Of a stretch of DNA of 64,000 bases, positions 1 through 13,365 are shown piece by piece. Positions within the stretch are counted from its first letter, which is position 1. Every line of letters begins with the position of its first letter. The translations under genes and the position numbers were made by a program. The notes under the pieces are model-generated. The model had not been told where the DNA came from, ran no database searches, and saw only the letters and a program-made list of their open reading frames with translations. The DNA is from Felis catus (Eukaryota): assembly GCF_018350175.1 (NCBI RefSeq), contig NC_058368.1, forward strand, positions 132,496,001 through 132,560,000, in the 5' to 3' direction.

Positions 1-566
1 GGTATTTTGGTTAAATCTGTCCCAGGTTAAATCTGTCCCAGTTCTTTTGTACTTTATCAGGTAGCATGTTCAAACTTTATAGTTGTAAGATTAAGTCACT
101 AGTAATGAAAATGTGATATCCAAATGTTTTCCTTTTGATCATAGTCGTAACTAAAATATTTTGATTTTAAACATTTCAAGAATGAGTTTATCAAGTATAC
201 TGTTAGATAGGAACCTATTTAAAAATAAGTTAAAAATAGACTGAGACCTAGAGATCCAAAAGGCAATGCCCTGGAATATTTTAAGGCCCTGGTCTGATTA
301 GGTTTTCTTATCTATCCAAGAGAAGTAAATGATCTGCTGTAGGAAGTTTTCTATGTGGTCTGATAAATCCTCAGAAGTTATTACCATTAGATTAATGAGG
401 TCAGAAAGGGAAAATTAGTTGTTCCTCCCCAGTTTCTATTTCTGCTACTTTAGAGCAAGGAATCCAAAACTAACTAAATCATTGGCCAGGACATTGTTTT
501 GGTGGTGAGAGTGGATAAGGATGCTTACTTGTTGTATTAACTTCTTTTTTCCCCTCACTATTTTAG

Positions 567-1014
567 CTATTTTCCTGGACAATGTGAGTGGATCTATTGC
601 CCAGGGGATGCCATATCTTCAGTTGCTGCTTCTGAGAAGAGCACAGGAAAAATTTTCATTTATGATGGTCGAGGAGATAACCAGCCGCTTCATATTTTTG
701 ACAAGCTCCATACATCACCTCTTACTCAGATACGGCTGAATGCAGTTTATAAAGCAATAGTGTCTTCTGATAAATCTGGAATGATTGAATACTGGACTGG
801 GCCTCCTCATGAATATAAGTTCCCCAAAAATGTGAACTGGGAATATAAAACTGACACCGATTTGTATGAGTTTGCCAAGTGCAAGGCTTATCCAACCAGC
901 ATATGTTTTTCACCTGATGGGAAGAAAATAGCTACTATTGGTTCTGATAGAAAAGTTAGAATTTTCAGATTTTTAACTGGAAAACTCATGAGAGTCTTTG
1001 ATGAATCACTAAGT
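567..1014 (+). CDS. PPWD1: PPWD1 internal coding exon (exon 5 if the gene has 11 exons), WD40 region
   Basis: ttttag acceptor, open frame [18 protein letters not shown]...[12 protein letters not shown], gtaagt donor; recognised PPWD1 sequence; upstream exons lie outside the window. Confidence 0.95.
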
Positions 1015-1129
1015 GTAAGTGCAATATAAATTTAATGGGAATATCCTTTTCTGACTGTCTTTATTTTGTGCAACTCCTAAAAGATATTTTTTCTGGATAT
1101 AGATATTTACATTGATGGTTATTTTCTCT

Positions 1130-2180
1130 TAGCACATTGAAGATATTATTGATCTGTCTGCTCTCTTGCAGTGTTCTTCAAAACTCTTTTCCCAGGGTTT
1201 ATGATGTGATATCTTCTGAGCCAATCATCCTTCTTTTGTGTGGCTTTTACTCTGTTCACTCCTGCCTATTCATATGACTACTCCCAAATTGATTTCTCCA
1301 TCTTACTATTGTGAACACACATGGTGCCATCTGTTTTGTTTTGTTTTGTTTTGTTTTGTTTTGTTTTGCTGTCTTCATGAATGGCACCAATATCCATTTA
1401 CTTGCATAAGCCACAAACCTGCGCCATCCTTAACTTTAACTCTTTTTCCTTACCCTCTATTTAATTCATCATGAATCCTGTCAATTTTAGTTTCTAAATA
1501 TGCTTAAAATCTATCCCTTTCTTTTCAGCATAGCTGTCAGTACCCTAGCTCATGATCTTTTGCCTGGACTGTCTCATGGCCTACTGCCTATATTCGGGCT
1601 TCCTCCTAATCAGTTATCCACACTGCATCCAGAGCAAAATTTTTAAGTGCATATTTGATCATTTCATTCTTTGAACCTTTTAGTGACTTCTTATTGTTCT
1701 TAGGATCAAGACCGAAGTCACAGCCTGCCTTATTGTGGCCTTTGCCTACCACTCTAGCCTACTGTCACTCACTTTTCTATCTGCCTCTTAACACTAGCCA
1801 TTTAGGCCTTATTTCAGTTTCTTGAACATGTCTTCCACCACAGGGCCTTTGCTTATGCTGTTCCTGCTGCCTGGTGTCACCCCTCCTCCGTTCTTTCCAT
1901 TACCTGTTGAACTTAAGCTTCAAATCTCATTTAAAGAGTCACTTCCTGTGGGAATTCACTATTTGTCTAACGTAGGACAACTTTTTTTTTTATGTGACTC
2001 AATATCACTCTGTTTATTTTCTCTTAGACCATTTGGCTTGGTCTTATTTTTGATTACTACATATCAACCCCTTGTAGACTAAACTCTATGTGATCTATGC
2101 TCCCTTATCTGTTTTGGCTCATGTTTGTATCTCCAGCACTAACAACAATACGTGACACATAATTACTGCTAACAAGAATT
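1130..2180. mobile_element. Degenerate L2 region
   Basis: Pyrimidine-rich; ccacagggcctttgcttatgctgttcctgctgcctgg and ttgtatctccagcactaac..cacata motifs. Confidence 0.5.
1333..1367. repeat. (GTTTT)7 microsatellite
   Basis: Directly visible. Confidence 0.9.
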
Positions 2181-3789
2181 TTTTAAAGCATGTAGTTGTA
2201 GAATAAGACTTTCTATCCATGCAAAATTAACAGTTTTTTGTGGAAATTGGGTCTGATCACCTGTTTCCCTCAAGTGTTCTCTAACTGCTAATGGTATGTT
2301 GAATCCTCTGAGAGTCTGTGGGTTGAACCTTCTTCATAACAGTACTGTTTATTGTATAATAATTCTACATTGTTGGTAGTAACCAGTTTAGATTCCTTGC
2401 ATTAAGGTCTTAAATTCTGTTACTCTTCTTAGTGACACTGTTGTTTGGTGGCAAGTGGCTTTAAGTTGGGTGGATTATCTACCTGAAGTAATATGAATCC
2501 AGACACATGTGAAGATCTGGTTGTTAGATCATCCTCCTGACTCATTTTCCTTTTGGAAGAGAACAGCTTTCCACTCTACTTTGAAGAATAGGAGAAAACT
2601 GTGATGTTTTCTTCATTAATGGCAGCTGGTAACTAGATATTAGTTCAACTTAAATATAACTTAAAGGCCTTTACCAACTTGCAGCTCTTTGAAGATTCCT
2701 CAGCAAAAGAAATATTTAAGAACACAGTCTCTGGATATTAATTTCTTAACACGAATACTCTGTTTCTTCATTATTGACTTCAACAAGTGTTGAAGAGGGC
2801 TGAAATAAGATGAGGTCAGTAGTAAAACTTATGACAGAAGTGAGATTCAAAATGAGAGATTGTCCAAACAATAACAACAACAACAACTAAAACAAATGCC
2901 AAGTAAATTAATTAGAAGGATAGTGGGTAGTAAATCAGTGGAATCTCAAAGTTAATGAGATATGCATATGGTTACACAGTTGTGTATCCAGAGGCCCTGC
3001 TATTAAGGCTAGAATACTGTAAAAAGATACTGCTGTATTTATCAGGTTGGATTAACATTTATGAAATACACGCAGGCAGACAACTGTATACAAACTTTAA
3101 GTCATGAAAATGAATCTAATCTAGTAAAATAATCAAGGGTCCCTCTCTATAAAAATGCTAGGCTATTTCTAGCATATGAATAAACAAGTAGTCTCAGAGA
3201 CTGGAGATAAGAAAACCTAATGACCAACAGGCTTTTTTTCTGTCCTGTAAGACCCTTGCTTCATGTTGTTCCCTAACGCATATACCTCCTTCTGTTTTTA
3301 TGGAGTTGTGTACATTGTTGTTCTTTCCATATCTAGAAAAATGGGATTTCCAGTTAACACAAGCATGAAAATAAGTAGACTGGACATAAGCTTGGCTTCT
3401 TTTTATCTCCAGTGGAGACCTGCTGTTGAATTCTGCTGTTTGATGCCCTAAATGTCTGGAAACCTGAAAGATCTTAATGGGGGAGAAGCTTATAGTGTGA
3501 TAATACATAGTAATTAAGATGTGACCTTATCTGAAAATTGTGTTAAATATCTGAAGAAAAGAAAACCAAATAAGCTACAGAGCATTTATAAAAATATTCA
3601 TCTATCGTAAATGACATTTACCTAATGATAATCTGTGTTGGGCTCTCTATAAAAATAACTTGAAACATTTTCTAAAATAGCATGAAATTGTTATAAATTA
3701 GTGAAATAATAAGAGTTCATTCAATAAAAATTGAGTGTTATATCATGTCAGGTCCATGATCCTTTTACAGGGACCTTACACTGTAGTTA

Positions 3790-4215
3790 CAGTGTCCAGT
3801 GTAGTAGCCACTCGCCACATGTTGCTATTGAGTGCTTGAAATGTGGCTAGTCCAAATTGAGACAGGATGAAAGTATAAAATACAGGATTTCAAATACTTA
3901 ATATAAAAAAAATAGAATATAATTTATCTCAAAAATTTTTTTAAGATTTTATTTTAAATAACCTCTGTACCCATCATGGGGCTCAAACCTACAACCCTGA
4001 GATCAAGAGACACATGTTCCACAGACTGAGCCAGCCAGGTGCTTCTATCTCAATTTTTAAGTATTGAGTAAAGTCTAAATGATTATATTTTGGATATATG
4101 GGGCATAAAACCTTATTGAGACTAATTTCACCTGTTTCTTTTACTTTAAGTAGCTACTAGGTAATTTAAAATTACATGCTTGATTTGCATTATCTTCCTA
4201 TTGGAAAGTACTAGT
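3790..4215. mobile_element. MER33/MER3-like hAT-Charlie DNA transposon relic, interrupted by a short SINE
   Basis: gtagccact.gccacatgt.gctattgag..cttgaaatgtggctagt...aatttaaaattacat; SINE at about 3945-4045. Confidence 0.6.
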
Positions 4216-4223
4216 TTGTGGCA

Positions 4224-4224
4224 T

Positions 4225-4263
<39 letters not shown>

Positions 4264-4301
4264 TGAATGAGAGAGCACAGTAGGGGAGGGGCGGGGGGGG
4301 G

Positions 4302-4355
<54 letters not shown>

Positions 4356-4490
4356 CTTAAGAAGGCTCCACACCCAGCATGGAGCCCTACATGGAGCCAG
4401 ATGTGGAGCTCAATCTCCTAACTATGAGATCATAACCTGAGCTGAAATCAAGGATCGGACGCTTACCCAACTGAGCCACCCAGGTGTCCC
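4224..4490 (-). mobile_element. CAN-SINE with (ATTT)n and (GA)n tracts
   Basis: ctgagccacccagg head; TSD tagt(t/c)tgtggc. Confidence 0.85.
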
Positions 4491-4768
4491 TAGTCTGTGG
4501 CTTATAAAAGGCAGCAGATACCTTTTTTCTGTACAGAAGACAGTAGTTATATTAACTTTTTTTTTTTATTAAGAAGAAGCAGTTAGTGTAAATACTATTA
4601 TTTTACGATTGAACTTACTAATGTCTTTTTATTTCCTGCTTATGGAATTTAGAATCCTCTTTAAGGTAACCTATAAGTACACAAATTTTCAGTGGCTCTT
4701 AATGTATACTGTGCTTCTATTTAAATTCTCATTCCCTTTATCACATAGCTTTTTTGTTTACTCCCTAG

Positions 4769-4959
4769 ATGTTTACTGAACTGCAGCAGATGAGGCAACA
4801 GCTACCCGACATGGAATTTGGCCGACGAATGGCTGTTGAACGTGAGTTGGAGAAGGTGGATGCAGTAAGATTAATTAACATAGTCTTTGATGAAACTGGA
4901 CACTTCGTGCTATATGGAACAATGCTAGGCATTAAAGTTATAAATGTAGAAACAAACCG
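4769..4959 (+). CDS. PPWD1: PPWD1 coding exon (6)
   Basis: ctccctag acceptor; [29 protein letters not shown]...INVETN(R); gtaagc donor; phase consistent with neighbours. Confidence 0.95.
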
Positions 4960-5807
4960 GTAAGCTTTAATAAGATGTTTTTTAAAAGTGCATTCATTTA
5001 TGGGGGACTATTTCCTCTTTCAGGGAAACAAAGGGAGTTTTGTTTGTTCCAAGACAAGTGGAATGGTCCCAAATGTCTAAACTTAACCAAATGTTTTGAC
5101 TGGATTTTTTGTGGTCTTTTGGTTGTTTATAATCTTATGTAAAAAGTTTCCACTCATGTTTGTAAAAGAAATGGAAAAAAAGATATGCATAGTTTCAAGG
5201 TTGTTTTTTTGTTTTTTTTTTAACAAGTTTCAATCTCTCTTTTGCTTATTGATTTAAATTAGCCTGGTTCATATTAAATGTTGCCAAATATTTTAACCAC
5301 AGAATTCAGCATTACATCCTGCTAGACATAAAATCAGAAGTTAAAATGCATGAAACCACAATAAGCCTTTTGTGCAAACAGTCCATTTGGTTTTAGTACA
5401 AAATAGCTACAATCAGATACTAACACTGAATGTAAATGAAAAGAACTTAAAAGTATATTTTAAAGAGAAAAAAATGTAGGTCTGTACATTCTCACATAGA
5501 AACAAATTTATATTGTAGTTCTTCACAGTATAGAATCTTTGAAGTCTTACAAAAAGATTAAGATAATAGGGATAGGTTAAAATTATGCATGAATGATTGT
5601 GTTTTGTTTTTTTTTTAACCAGAAAATTCCATCCAATTTAAAATAACTTTCTGGGGAAGGGGGTAGAGAAACACTTTTTAAAAAACTTTTAGTAATTATT
5701 TTATACAAAGGTAAAGGATAGTTGATTTCTAGATTTTATGTATAAAATTTTTATAATTGGAATTAATTCTGGTATTTTACTGTATAAAACATTGTTGTAT
5801 TTTCCAG

Positions 5808-5997
5808 GTGTGTGCGCATCTTAGGCAAGCAGGAAAATATTAGAGTGATGCAATTGGCTCTGTTCCAGGGAATAGCCAAAAAACATCGTGCTGCAACTAC
5901 TATAGAAATGAAAGCTTCTGAAAATCCTGTTCTTCAAAATATTCAAGCTGACCCAACAATAGTTTGTACATCTTTTAAGAAGAATAGATTTTACATG
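5808..5997 (+). CDS. PPWD1: PPWD1 coding exon (7)
   Basis: tttccag acceptor; [21 protein letters not shown]...KKNRFYM; gtatgc donor. Confidence 0.95.
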
Positions 5998-8149
5998 GTA
6001 TGCGGAAATACTAGGAAATAGGCCTTAATTCTTCCAATTTGGTTGGAGATTTATTTTCTTAGGTCGTGCTTTCAACTGAAGAGAATGTTGGCAATAATAG
6101 CATGCTTTCTAAACAACCAGAATACCATCTTAAAACATTAATATTGCATAATTTTTAACTAGGACTCGATTTTGTACTGATTTCCCTCCTGTTCTGAAAA
6201 ATCTTCGACCTGGCTTCTACAACTATTTATGTTGTCTAAGATGTAAGGAAGTAAGTGGTTATGGTAATAATTGCATCCAAAATAGCTTTTGCTATGGGGT
6301 TTTAAAAGTTCTAAAAAAGATTATTTTTCATCTTTTGTTCTTAATTTATCTTCCCTGAACTTGCACACTTGCTTCTCTAAGCACATTTCTTTTTTTACCT
6401 TTTAACTCTCTTGTAATGGTGCTACCTTAAAAGTTTATATTCCTGACAATTTTTTTTTTTCCCTAGAGAACTACAAGTACTTTATATGTTAACTAAGACT
6501 GGGCTCAGAATCAAACTGTCTAAACTATCTAGGAGTAGCCGTGTCCTAACTGTTGAACCAAGCAGAAAAATCTAAAGTGTACAGACCTCTGCCCTACCAT
6601 TCTGTCCTTCACACTGCAGTCAGAGACTGAGTCCCAAATTTGGTTATTTGCCTAAAATCCTTTAATGGCTCCTCAACTATCTATATTAGTTGGCTCTTCT
6701 ACCTATCTTTCTTCATTTTTAGTTCATTTGCTACTCTGACTGAACTTGATCCTGTTTGCAATAGCTGAGTGTTGTTTTTTTACCTCAAGGAGTTTACACA
6801 GGCTGTTCCTTCTGCCAATCACATACCTGTCCCCAGTTCCTACTTATATCAGTTCCTACTTGGAAACCTTCTCTTGACATCAAGTCTGAGTTACATCTGC
6901 CTGGTTGTGCTCTATATGTCACAGTTTTTGGAATAGTTTACTTTCTTTTTTTTTTTTTTTTTTTAAAATATCTGTGATAGTCATCTCCTCCTTAAGGTAA
7001 TATAAAATCCTCAAATACAGGGCATTATATTTTCTTCACTATTCACAAGTTTGTTAAAGTGTGTGGCTCATTCTAGTATACTGATTCTTTTCATGTGATA
7101 TCTTGTAAGTAGCTGTGATGCTATTCAGGTTGCCAGCATTTGATTAATGTAGGAAATAGCAGTTCATCCCAAACAAGCTTTTAACCAAAAAATGGATACA
7201 TTCTTTTAAGATGAAAATTTTATTTAGAACTTTCAAAGTCATTGCTACAAAAAATAATATTGGTTAAAGGGAAATAGTTTCTCTTGTTTTTACCTGTAAT
7301 TTAACTGTTTTGAAGGTGAAAGCTAACTCTTGATATACACTAAAAACATACTAATTTTCTATCCTCTTTATCAAAAAACTAATAAATTATTCTCTTCCCC
7401 TAAAGTTTAGTTTTATGTTGATTAAATCACATGTGTTGTTAACATTGAAGAAAAAAGTTACTATTCATCTTTATACAGCTAACATGTTCATAAAATTATC
7501 TCTCATTTTATTAGACATACATATCCGTAAGCAAAAGTAAAATGGTACATACATATATGTAAATTTTTTATCTCTTTTCAAATCAATATCAAAATATGAC
7601 AAAATATGAACTTTGGTAGTTCAATATGTGAGCTAAATTAAAATACCTATTTAAAAATTCATATAAATCAATCATACAACTGATAATGTCATTCCTTTGA
7701 AAAATGGAGAATAAGATGATAAGTCAACAACATCCTAGCTTGGTTGTTTCTTTATTTGGAATTTATCCAAGTAGATCCAGAATGACATTAGGCAAGACAG
7801 GGCCTGGGGCACTGGCTTTACTTTCCTGGAACTCAGTTGATAATCAGGTAGAGCTTCCTCTGGAGAAAAGATTTCTACTTCCTGAAAGTCAAATTTAAAA
7901 AAAAAAAAAGGCTCAGAGGAGTCCAAAGTTTTAACAACTGAAAGATTTCTCTCAATTTTCCCTATTCCCTGAGGTATCCTGAAATTTCTGTAACTTCACT
8001 CAAAATTTACATTCTTTCTTCCAAGCTTCAGGGTTTAGATAGAACAGATGGGGGCTTTGCAGGAAAAAAAAAAAAACTAGCCAAGATGCATTACTGATTC
8101 ATCTTTGAATCCTCAACCTGCCTAGCACCAGGTTCTGTTCATTATAACA

Positions 8150-8380
8150 ACAATTATTAATATGTATATAGTACCTTTTACATATTAGGCACTATTCTCC
8201 AAGCATTTTATATCCCTTCATTGAATCTTCACAATAGGTACAATTTTGAGGTAGTTATCCCCATTTATGAATGAGGAAATGAAGAAATGAATTTATTTTG
8301 CCAAAATCATGTAACTAGTAAGTAGCAGAATGGAATTCAAACCCAGGCAATCTAAATAGTGAAAAGTAAGCACTGGTTGA
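8150..8380 (-). mobile_element. MIR SINE
   Basis: aatcttcacaa...tatccccattt...atgaggaaa..ga...gaattcaaacccaggcaatct core. Confidence 0.65.
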
Positions 8381-8706
8381 CAGGTTAGAACATACTAGCG
8401 GGCAGAGGCAGAAAACTACCTCAAATAAAAGTGCATCTTGTTCAGTGTGCACCCAAAAAGAAATTAAATCCCATTTGAAACCATACACCTTCACTGTATG
8501 GATTGTTGTCATGTTAGGCAAGTGTAAAAATAATTTAACTGTATTACACATCCTGTGATAGGAAGTGACTGCTGCAGTAAGGACTTATTCTGATGTGAAT
8601 TCTTACTTTGCTCAAATACCATAGATAGAAATGAAATTTTACTGTTGATAACATTTTAACCAGATGAAAAATTTAATTCATTCACTCTCTTTAATTTTTC
8701 TCTGAG

Positions 8707-8888
8707 TTTACCAAACGAGAACCAGAAGATACAAAAAGTGCAGATTCTGACAGAGATGTTTTTAATGAGAAACCTTCTAAAGAAGAAGTCATGGCAGCTA
8801 CTCAAGCTGAAGGACCTAAACGTGTTTCAGATAGTGCCATTATCCACACAAGCATGGGAGACATTCATATCAAACTTTTTCCTGTTGA
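8707..8888 (+). CDS. PPWD1: PPWD1 coding exon (8), start of cyclophilin domain
   Basis: [60 protein letters not shown](E); acceptor ctctgag, donor gtatgt; this frame is not in the ORF track. Confidence 0.93.
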
Positions 8889-8989
8889 GTATGTACTGTC
8901 TTTTGTCTGAAATGAACATCAATGTAAATGTGTTTATTGGAAGAAACTGTGCAACTTAAAATTGCTATTTCAACTTGAGGAATTTTTCT

Positions 8990-9181
8990 ATTTATTTAAA
9001 AAAAATTTTAAATGTTTTTATTCATTTTTTGAGAGACAGAGACAGACCATGAGCGGGAAAAGGACAGAAAGAGAGAGGGAGACACAGAATTTGAAGTAGG
9101 TGGGGCTTGAACCCATGAACCGTGAGATCATGATCTGAGCCAAAGTCGGCCACTTAACCGACTGAGCCACCCAGGCGCCCC
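8990..9181 (-). mobile_element. CAN-SINE
   Basis: gactgagccacccaggcgcccc head; TSD tcaacttgaggaatttt. Confidence 0.85.
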
Positions 9182-9274
9182 TCAACTTGAGGAATTTTAA
9201 AGAACTGAAGGGTTTGATAAGAATGTCTGTCTTTAGCTTTCTGATAACTGTTCCTCTAGAAAATGGGGATATTT

Positions 9275-9320
<46 letters not shown>

Positions 9321-9321
9321 T
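9275..9321. repeat. Compound (TA)n(CA)n microsatellite
   Basis: Directly visible. Confidence 0.9.
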
Positions 9322-9575
9322 ACTTCACAGGTTTATTATTATGCATACAAAACAAATGGCTATGAAAGTGCTGAATGTAAACTATAAAGTGGTTTATAAA
9401 TGGATATTAACATCAACTGTGCATCCCAACTATATTTTGTGGCTCATTTGTTATAACTGGCTTTACCCTCAAAGCAAATCCTTAAGGGGAGGATAATTCC
9501 TTTTCCTCCTTACATTTCTTAGATCTCCACTACTACTTCTTTAGTTCTTTCTATAGGTTTTAAAAATTCCAACAA

Positions 9576-9800
9576 GGGGCATCTGAGTGGCTCGTTCAGT
9601 TGAGTATTCAACTCGATTTTCAATCAGGTCATGATCCCTGCTCAGGTCATGATCCCAGAATCATGGGATTGAGCCCCATGTTGGGCTCTGCACTGCCTAA
9701 GATTCTCTGTCTCTTCCTCTACCCCTCTCCCCTGCTTGTGCTCTCTCTAATATACATACATACATACATACATACATAATTGATCAATCAATCGATCAAT
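9576..9800 (+). mobile_element. CAN-SINE
   Basis: ggggcatctgagtggctc head; (TACA)n tail. Confidence 0.8.
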
Positions 9801-9927
9801 CCAACAAAAAATGTACTGAAAAAAGCAGAAAGGAATTCTGGACAGTTTAAAAGTTTGCAAGATGAACATGCAATGTCAAATCCAATAGAATATCTTTGGC
9901 TATTCTTGATCCAAAGAGTGACATCTT

Positions 9928-10108
9928 TGGGGCGCCTGGGTGACTCAGTCAGTTGAGCATCCAACTGTTGATTTTGGCTCAGGTCATGATCCCAGGGTCA
10001 TGGGGGTGAGCCCCACGTCAGGCTCCTTGCTGAATGTGGAGCCTGGTTGGAATTCTCTCTCCCTCTGCCCCTCTCCACTTCTGTCTCCAAAAAAATGAAA
10101 ATGAAAAA
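9928..10108 (+). mobile_element. CAN-SINE
   Basis: ggggcgcctgggtg head; TSD agagtgacatcttt. Confidence 0.85.
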
Positions 10109-10699
10109 CAGAGTGACATCTTTTACAACTCCTTTTACTGAAAAGTACTTATTTTGTATATGAGTGTTTTAAATGTTTTAAATGCTGTAACATGAGATTA
10201 AATCATCACATGAGATTAGTTAACATTTAGAAAGCTTCATACTTTTGAGTGTGTGATTGTCATTTAAAGTTGATTAGATTTAGGAGATAGCATTTGAGAG
10301 AGAGCAGGTCCTTGGTTAGGAAGTGTGTCAATGTACCATAACGTTGTTTTTATAAGAAAATTATCTTTCCCAGGAACTGAACCTACTATATGCAGTGAAT
10401 ATACGTATCTTACGGTGCTGTAGCTGTATTTTTTTTTAACTGCTAAATGACTTTGAAATTTAAATACTGTCAAACTCAAATATAATAAGCATTCTTTATC
10501 TAAAGATAATATATTAAACAATATACTGTGGCTTATGTGACCTTTCATCTCTTCTGTCCTGAGATGAGAAGAGGTTACGGAAAAAGACTGTCCTAAAACA
10601 TTCAGAAGGTATTGCAGGTATCAGTAGAAAGCAGAACTGCAAAGAAAACTATATTAAGATGCTCTAAATGGATTTCATATTTTTAACATATCTTACTAG

Positions 10700-10781
10700 G
10701 TGCCCTAAGACAGTGGAAAACTTCTGTGTTCATAGCAGAAACGGCTATTATAATGGGCATACATTTCACCGTATAATTAAG
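10700..10781 (+). CDS. PPWD1: PPWD1 coding exon (9), cyclophilin domain
   Basis: cttactag acceptor; [27 protein letters not shown] (cyclophilin FHR motif); gtaagt donor. Confidence 0.95.
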
Positions 10782-10842
10782 GTAAGTTATACAAAATTTA
10801 TATGACTTCAGGAACAGTGTGTTTTGCATAACCAGAGGTTTA

Positions 10843-11063
10843 TTTTTTTTTTAAATTTTTTTTTTAACGTTTATTTATTTTTGAGACAGAGACAGAGCAT
10901 GAACGGGGGAGGGGCAGAGAGAGAGGGAGACACAGAATCAGAAGCAGGCTCCAGGCTCTGAGCCATCAGCCCAGAGCCCGACGCGGGGCTCGAACTCACG
11001 GACCGCGAGATTGTGACCCGGGCTGAAGTCGGACGCTTAACCGACTGAGCCACCCAGGCGCCC
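10843..11063 (-). mobile_element. Young felid-type CAN-SINE
   Basis: CpGs retained; perfect TSD cataaccagaggttta. Confidence 0.9.
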
Positions 11064-11855
11064 CATAACCAGAGGTTTAAACGTAAGGCATCTTCCTGTC
11101 TCACAATTATCAGTTTATTAAAAAGGAATAGGAAAAATGGGACTTTCTAAGCCAAAAGAAGAATGGATAGTCATGAATATCAGATCTGGAATAAATGCAG
11201 GAACAGTAACATGGTACCTTTTTAGAAACACTGCACCAGTATTTTGTCAGCAGCTAAACCCAAGGGTCAGATACAGAGTAAAGGGCATGCTGAGATAAAA
11301 CCAATAGTTAAGGTTACTCATACCTAGTGACTAAATAAGGTCTAGATGTAGAAAATAAGATTTTAAATAATAGAAAAGACATCATGCTACTTAATCTTTG
11401 AGAACCACCATTAATACCTGAAGAGCAGAACGAACTTGTCCCAGGATTTTGTTGAGCATTGTTCCATAAAATGGATGGGGCAATAGTGTAGTTCTTAGTT
11501 ACTGATAGGTTCAGAAATGGCAGGAGAAATGACAGGAGGAATAATCAGATTTGGGGGGTTCTGAAAGAATTAGAAAAATGACTCACCAGGCAATCCAGAA
11601 TTTTAGGGAAAGGGAAGAGAGAAGAGTGGGGCAATTATATAAAACCTTATACACTCTATAGATCTAAAACTTATTTACAATATTGGTTTTAATTGCATTA
11701 TTGGGAAAGATAGTACATGACTATTCATGAGGAGACCTTTGCAGTTTTGTTTCAGTAACAAATAAGGTTGTGTTTAAGCAGTGAAAATACATCATCTAAA
11801 GTATAACTTACTAAGGTTTTAATAAAATCACTTGATAGAGTGACTATTAAGAAAA

Positions 11856-12045
11856 GGGGTGCCTGCATGGCTCAGTTTAAAACATCCAACTCTTGATTTT
11901 GGCTCAGGTCATGAGCTCACACTTCATGGACTGGAGCCCCACATCAGGCTCTGTGCTGACGGTGTGGAGCCTGTTTGGGATCTCCCTCTCTCTCTGCCCC
12001 TCCCCCACTGGTGCACTGTCTCTCAAACTTAAAAAAAAAAAAAAA
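11856..12045 (+). mobile_element. CAN-SINE
   Basis: SINE head, CT tract, A tail. Confidence 0.8.
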
Positions 12046-12135
12046 GATTTTACTGAACATAAAACACACTTAAATTCCAAAACGTACATATAGAAAAGTA
12101 CAGTGTAATATGTTTTTTGTATACTTCCTCTTAAG

Positions 12136-12318
12136 GGCTTCATGATTCAAACAGGAGATCCAACAGGTACTGGTATGGGAGGAGAAAGCATATGGGGAGG
12201 AGAATTTGAAGATGAGTTTCATTCAACATTACGACATGACAGACCATATACACTCAGCATGGCCAATGCTGGATCAAATACTAACGGATCCCAGTTTTTT
12301 ATAACAGTAGTACCAACG
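12136..12318 (+). CDS. PPWD1: PPWD1 coding exon (10), cyclophilin domain
   Basis: cttaag acceptor; [21 protein letters not shown]...[22 protein letters not shown]; gtaagt donor. Confidence 0.96.
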
Positions 12319-13365
12319 GTAAGTAGAACAGCATTGTCTATAAGCTGTCATATAAACTGTAAGTTGTCATAGGTTATGATCTAAGAATGAATTCAGTAGA
12401 AGAGAGCTGCATTATTCTCTACTATTATTTATTTCTGCCAGCATATAAAAAATGAAACAGTTTAGATGAGAAAATGTAAAATTACCTAACAAATCAGATT
12501 TTGCTTTGTAAAACAATACTTGCATAACTCAGGACTCTGGAGTTTAAGTCACCTTGCCACTACTAATTGTACAATAGAAAACAAATTATTTCACTTCTGG
12601 GCCTGTTTCCTTTAGAATGGGGGGGGGGGATTAGAGTATATTAATTCTCAAATTTTTTAAGACATTTTTTCTATATTTTAACATCTCTGATATCAGAATG
12701 CAACTTACATTGCAACATTGTAGATCTGACGACATACAGTGTAAGAATATTGAGCTCTATTGCTGTGCAGTTACACAAAATTATAAAAATTATTATACTT
12801 TATTTTTTGGAATTAAGCACCACATAATGAAGAAAAATATAACTACTACCCATCAGGCACAAAGTAATATTCACAATACTTCTAGTATCACTATACCCAG
12901 TTTTAAAAAACAGATGACTATACAAACAGTGCGACATGATCAACTTGCCAAAGGTCAAGTAAGTAGCAGAGCGAACATTTGAGTTCCCATCTCTCTACTA
13001 CAAAAGCACATGCTACTTGAACAATTCCAAACAATTCCTATTTTGCAGGTCTGATTCCTACAGAGAACTTTTAAAGCCTCAACCAGTATTCTTTAAACCA
13101 TGCAAAGAAACTTACCTTTAGCAAACATCTTTCAGGTCCGTTTGGTCTGAAAGATGCAGCTAATTAAACATTATATTATGCTGTTATATTTTTTCAGATA
13201 AACATGGAAATCACTCTTAAAAGCTGCTAGATGAAATTAACTGTATATATTTTTATTAAATTAAAAATGAAGCATAAGTTTAAATTCTCTATAATTTTCT
13301 TACCCAGAGGGTGTAATTTAAGAAATCTGGGTTTACCAAGATTTTCCGTTTCTCCTTCAATGCAG

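Noticed and set aside
2240..2810. Complex non-SINE intronic stretch as a possible hidden exon or pseudogene
   Set aside because: No ORF in the track and nothing I could recognise; a homology search would be needed.
7974..7982. GTATCCTGA as a U12-type donor
   Set aside because: It deviates from GTATCCTT, has no clear upstream exon, and no U12 branch point precedes the next acceptor.
10871..11104. Recurrent [18 protein letters not shown] ORFs across the window
   Set aside because: These are translations of CAN-SINE sequence, not a gene family.
13231..13365. N-terminal part of ORF 13231-13509
   Set aside because: Intronic read-through upstream of the PPWD1 acceptor at 13364-13365.
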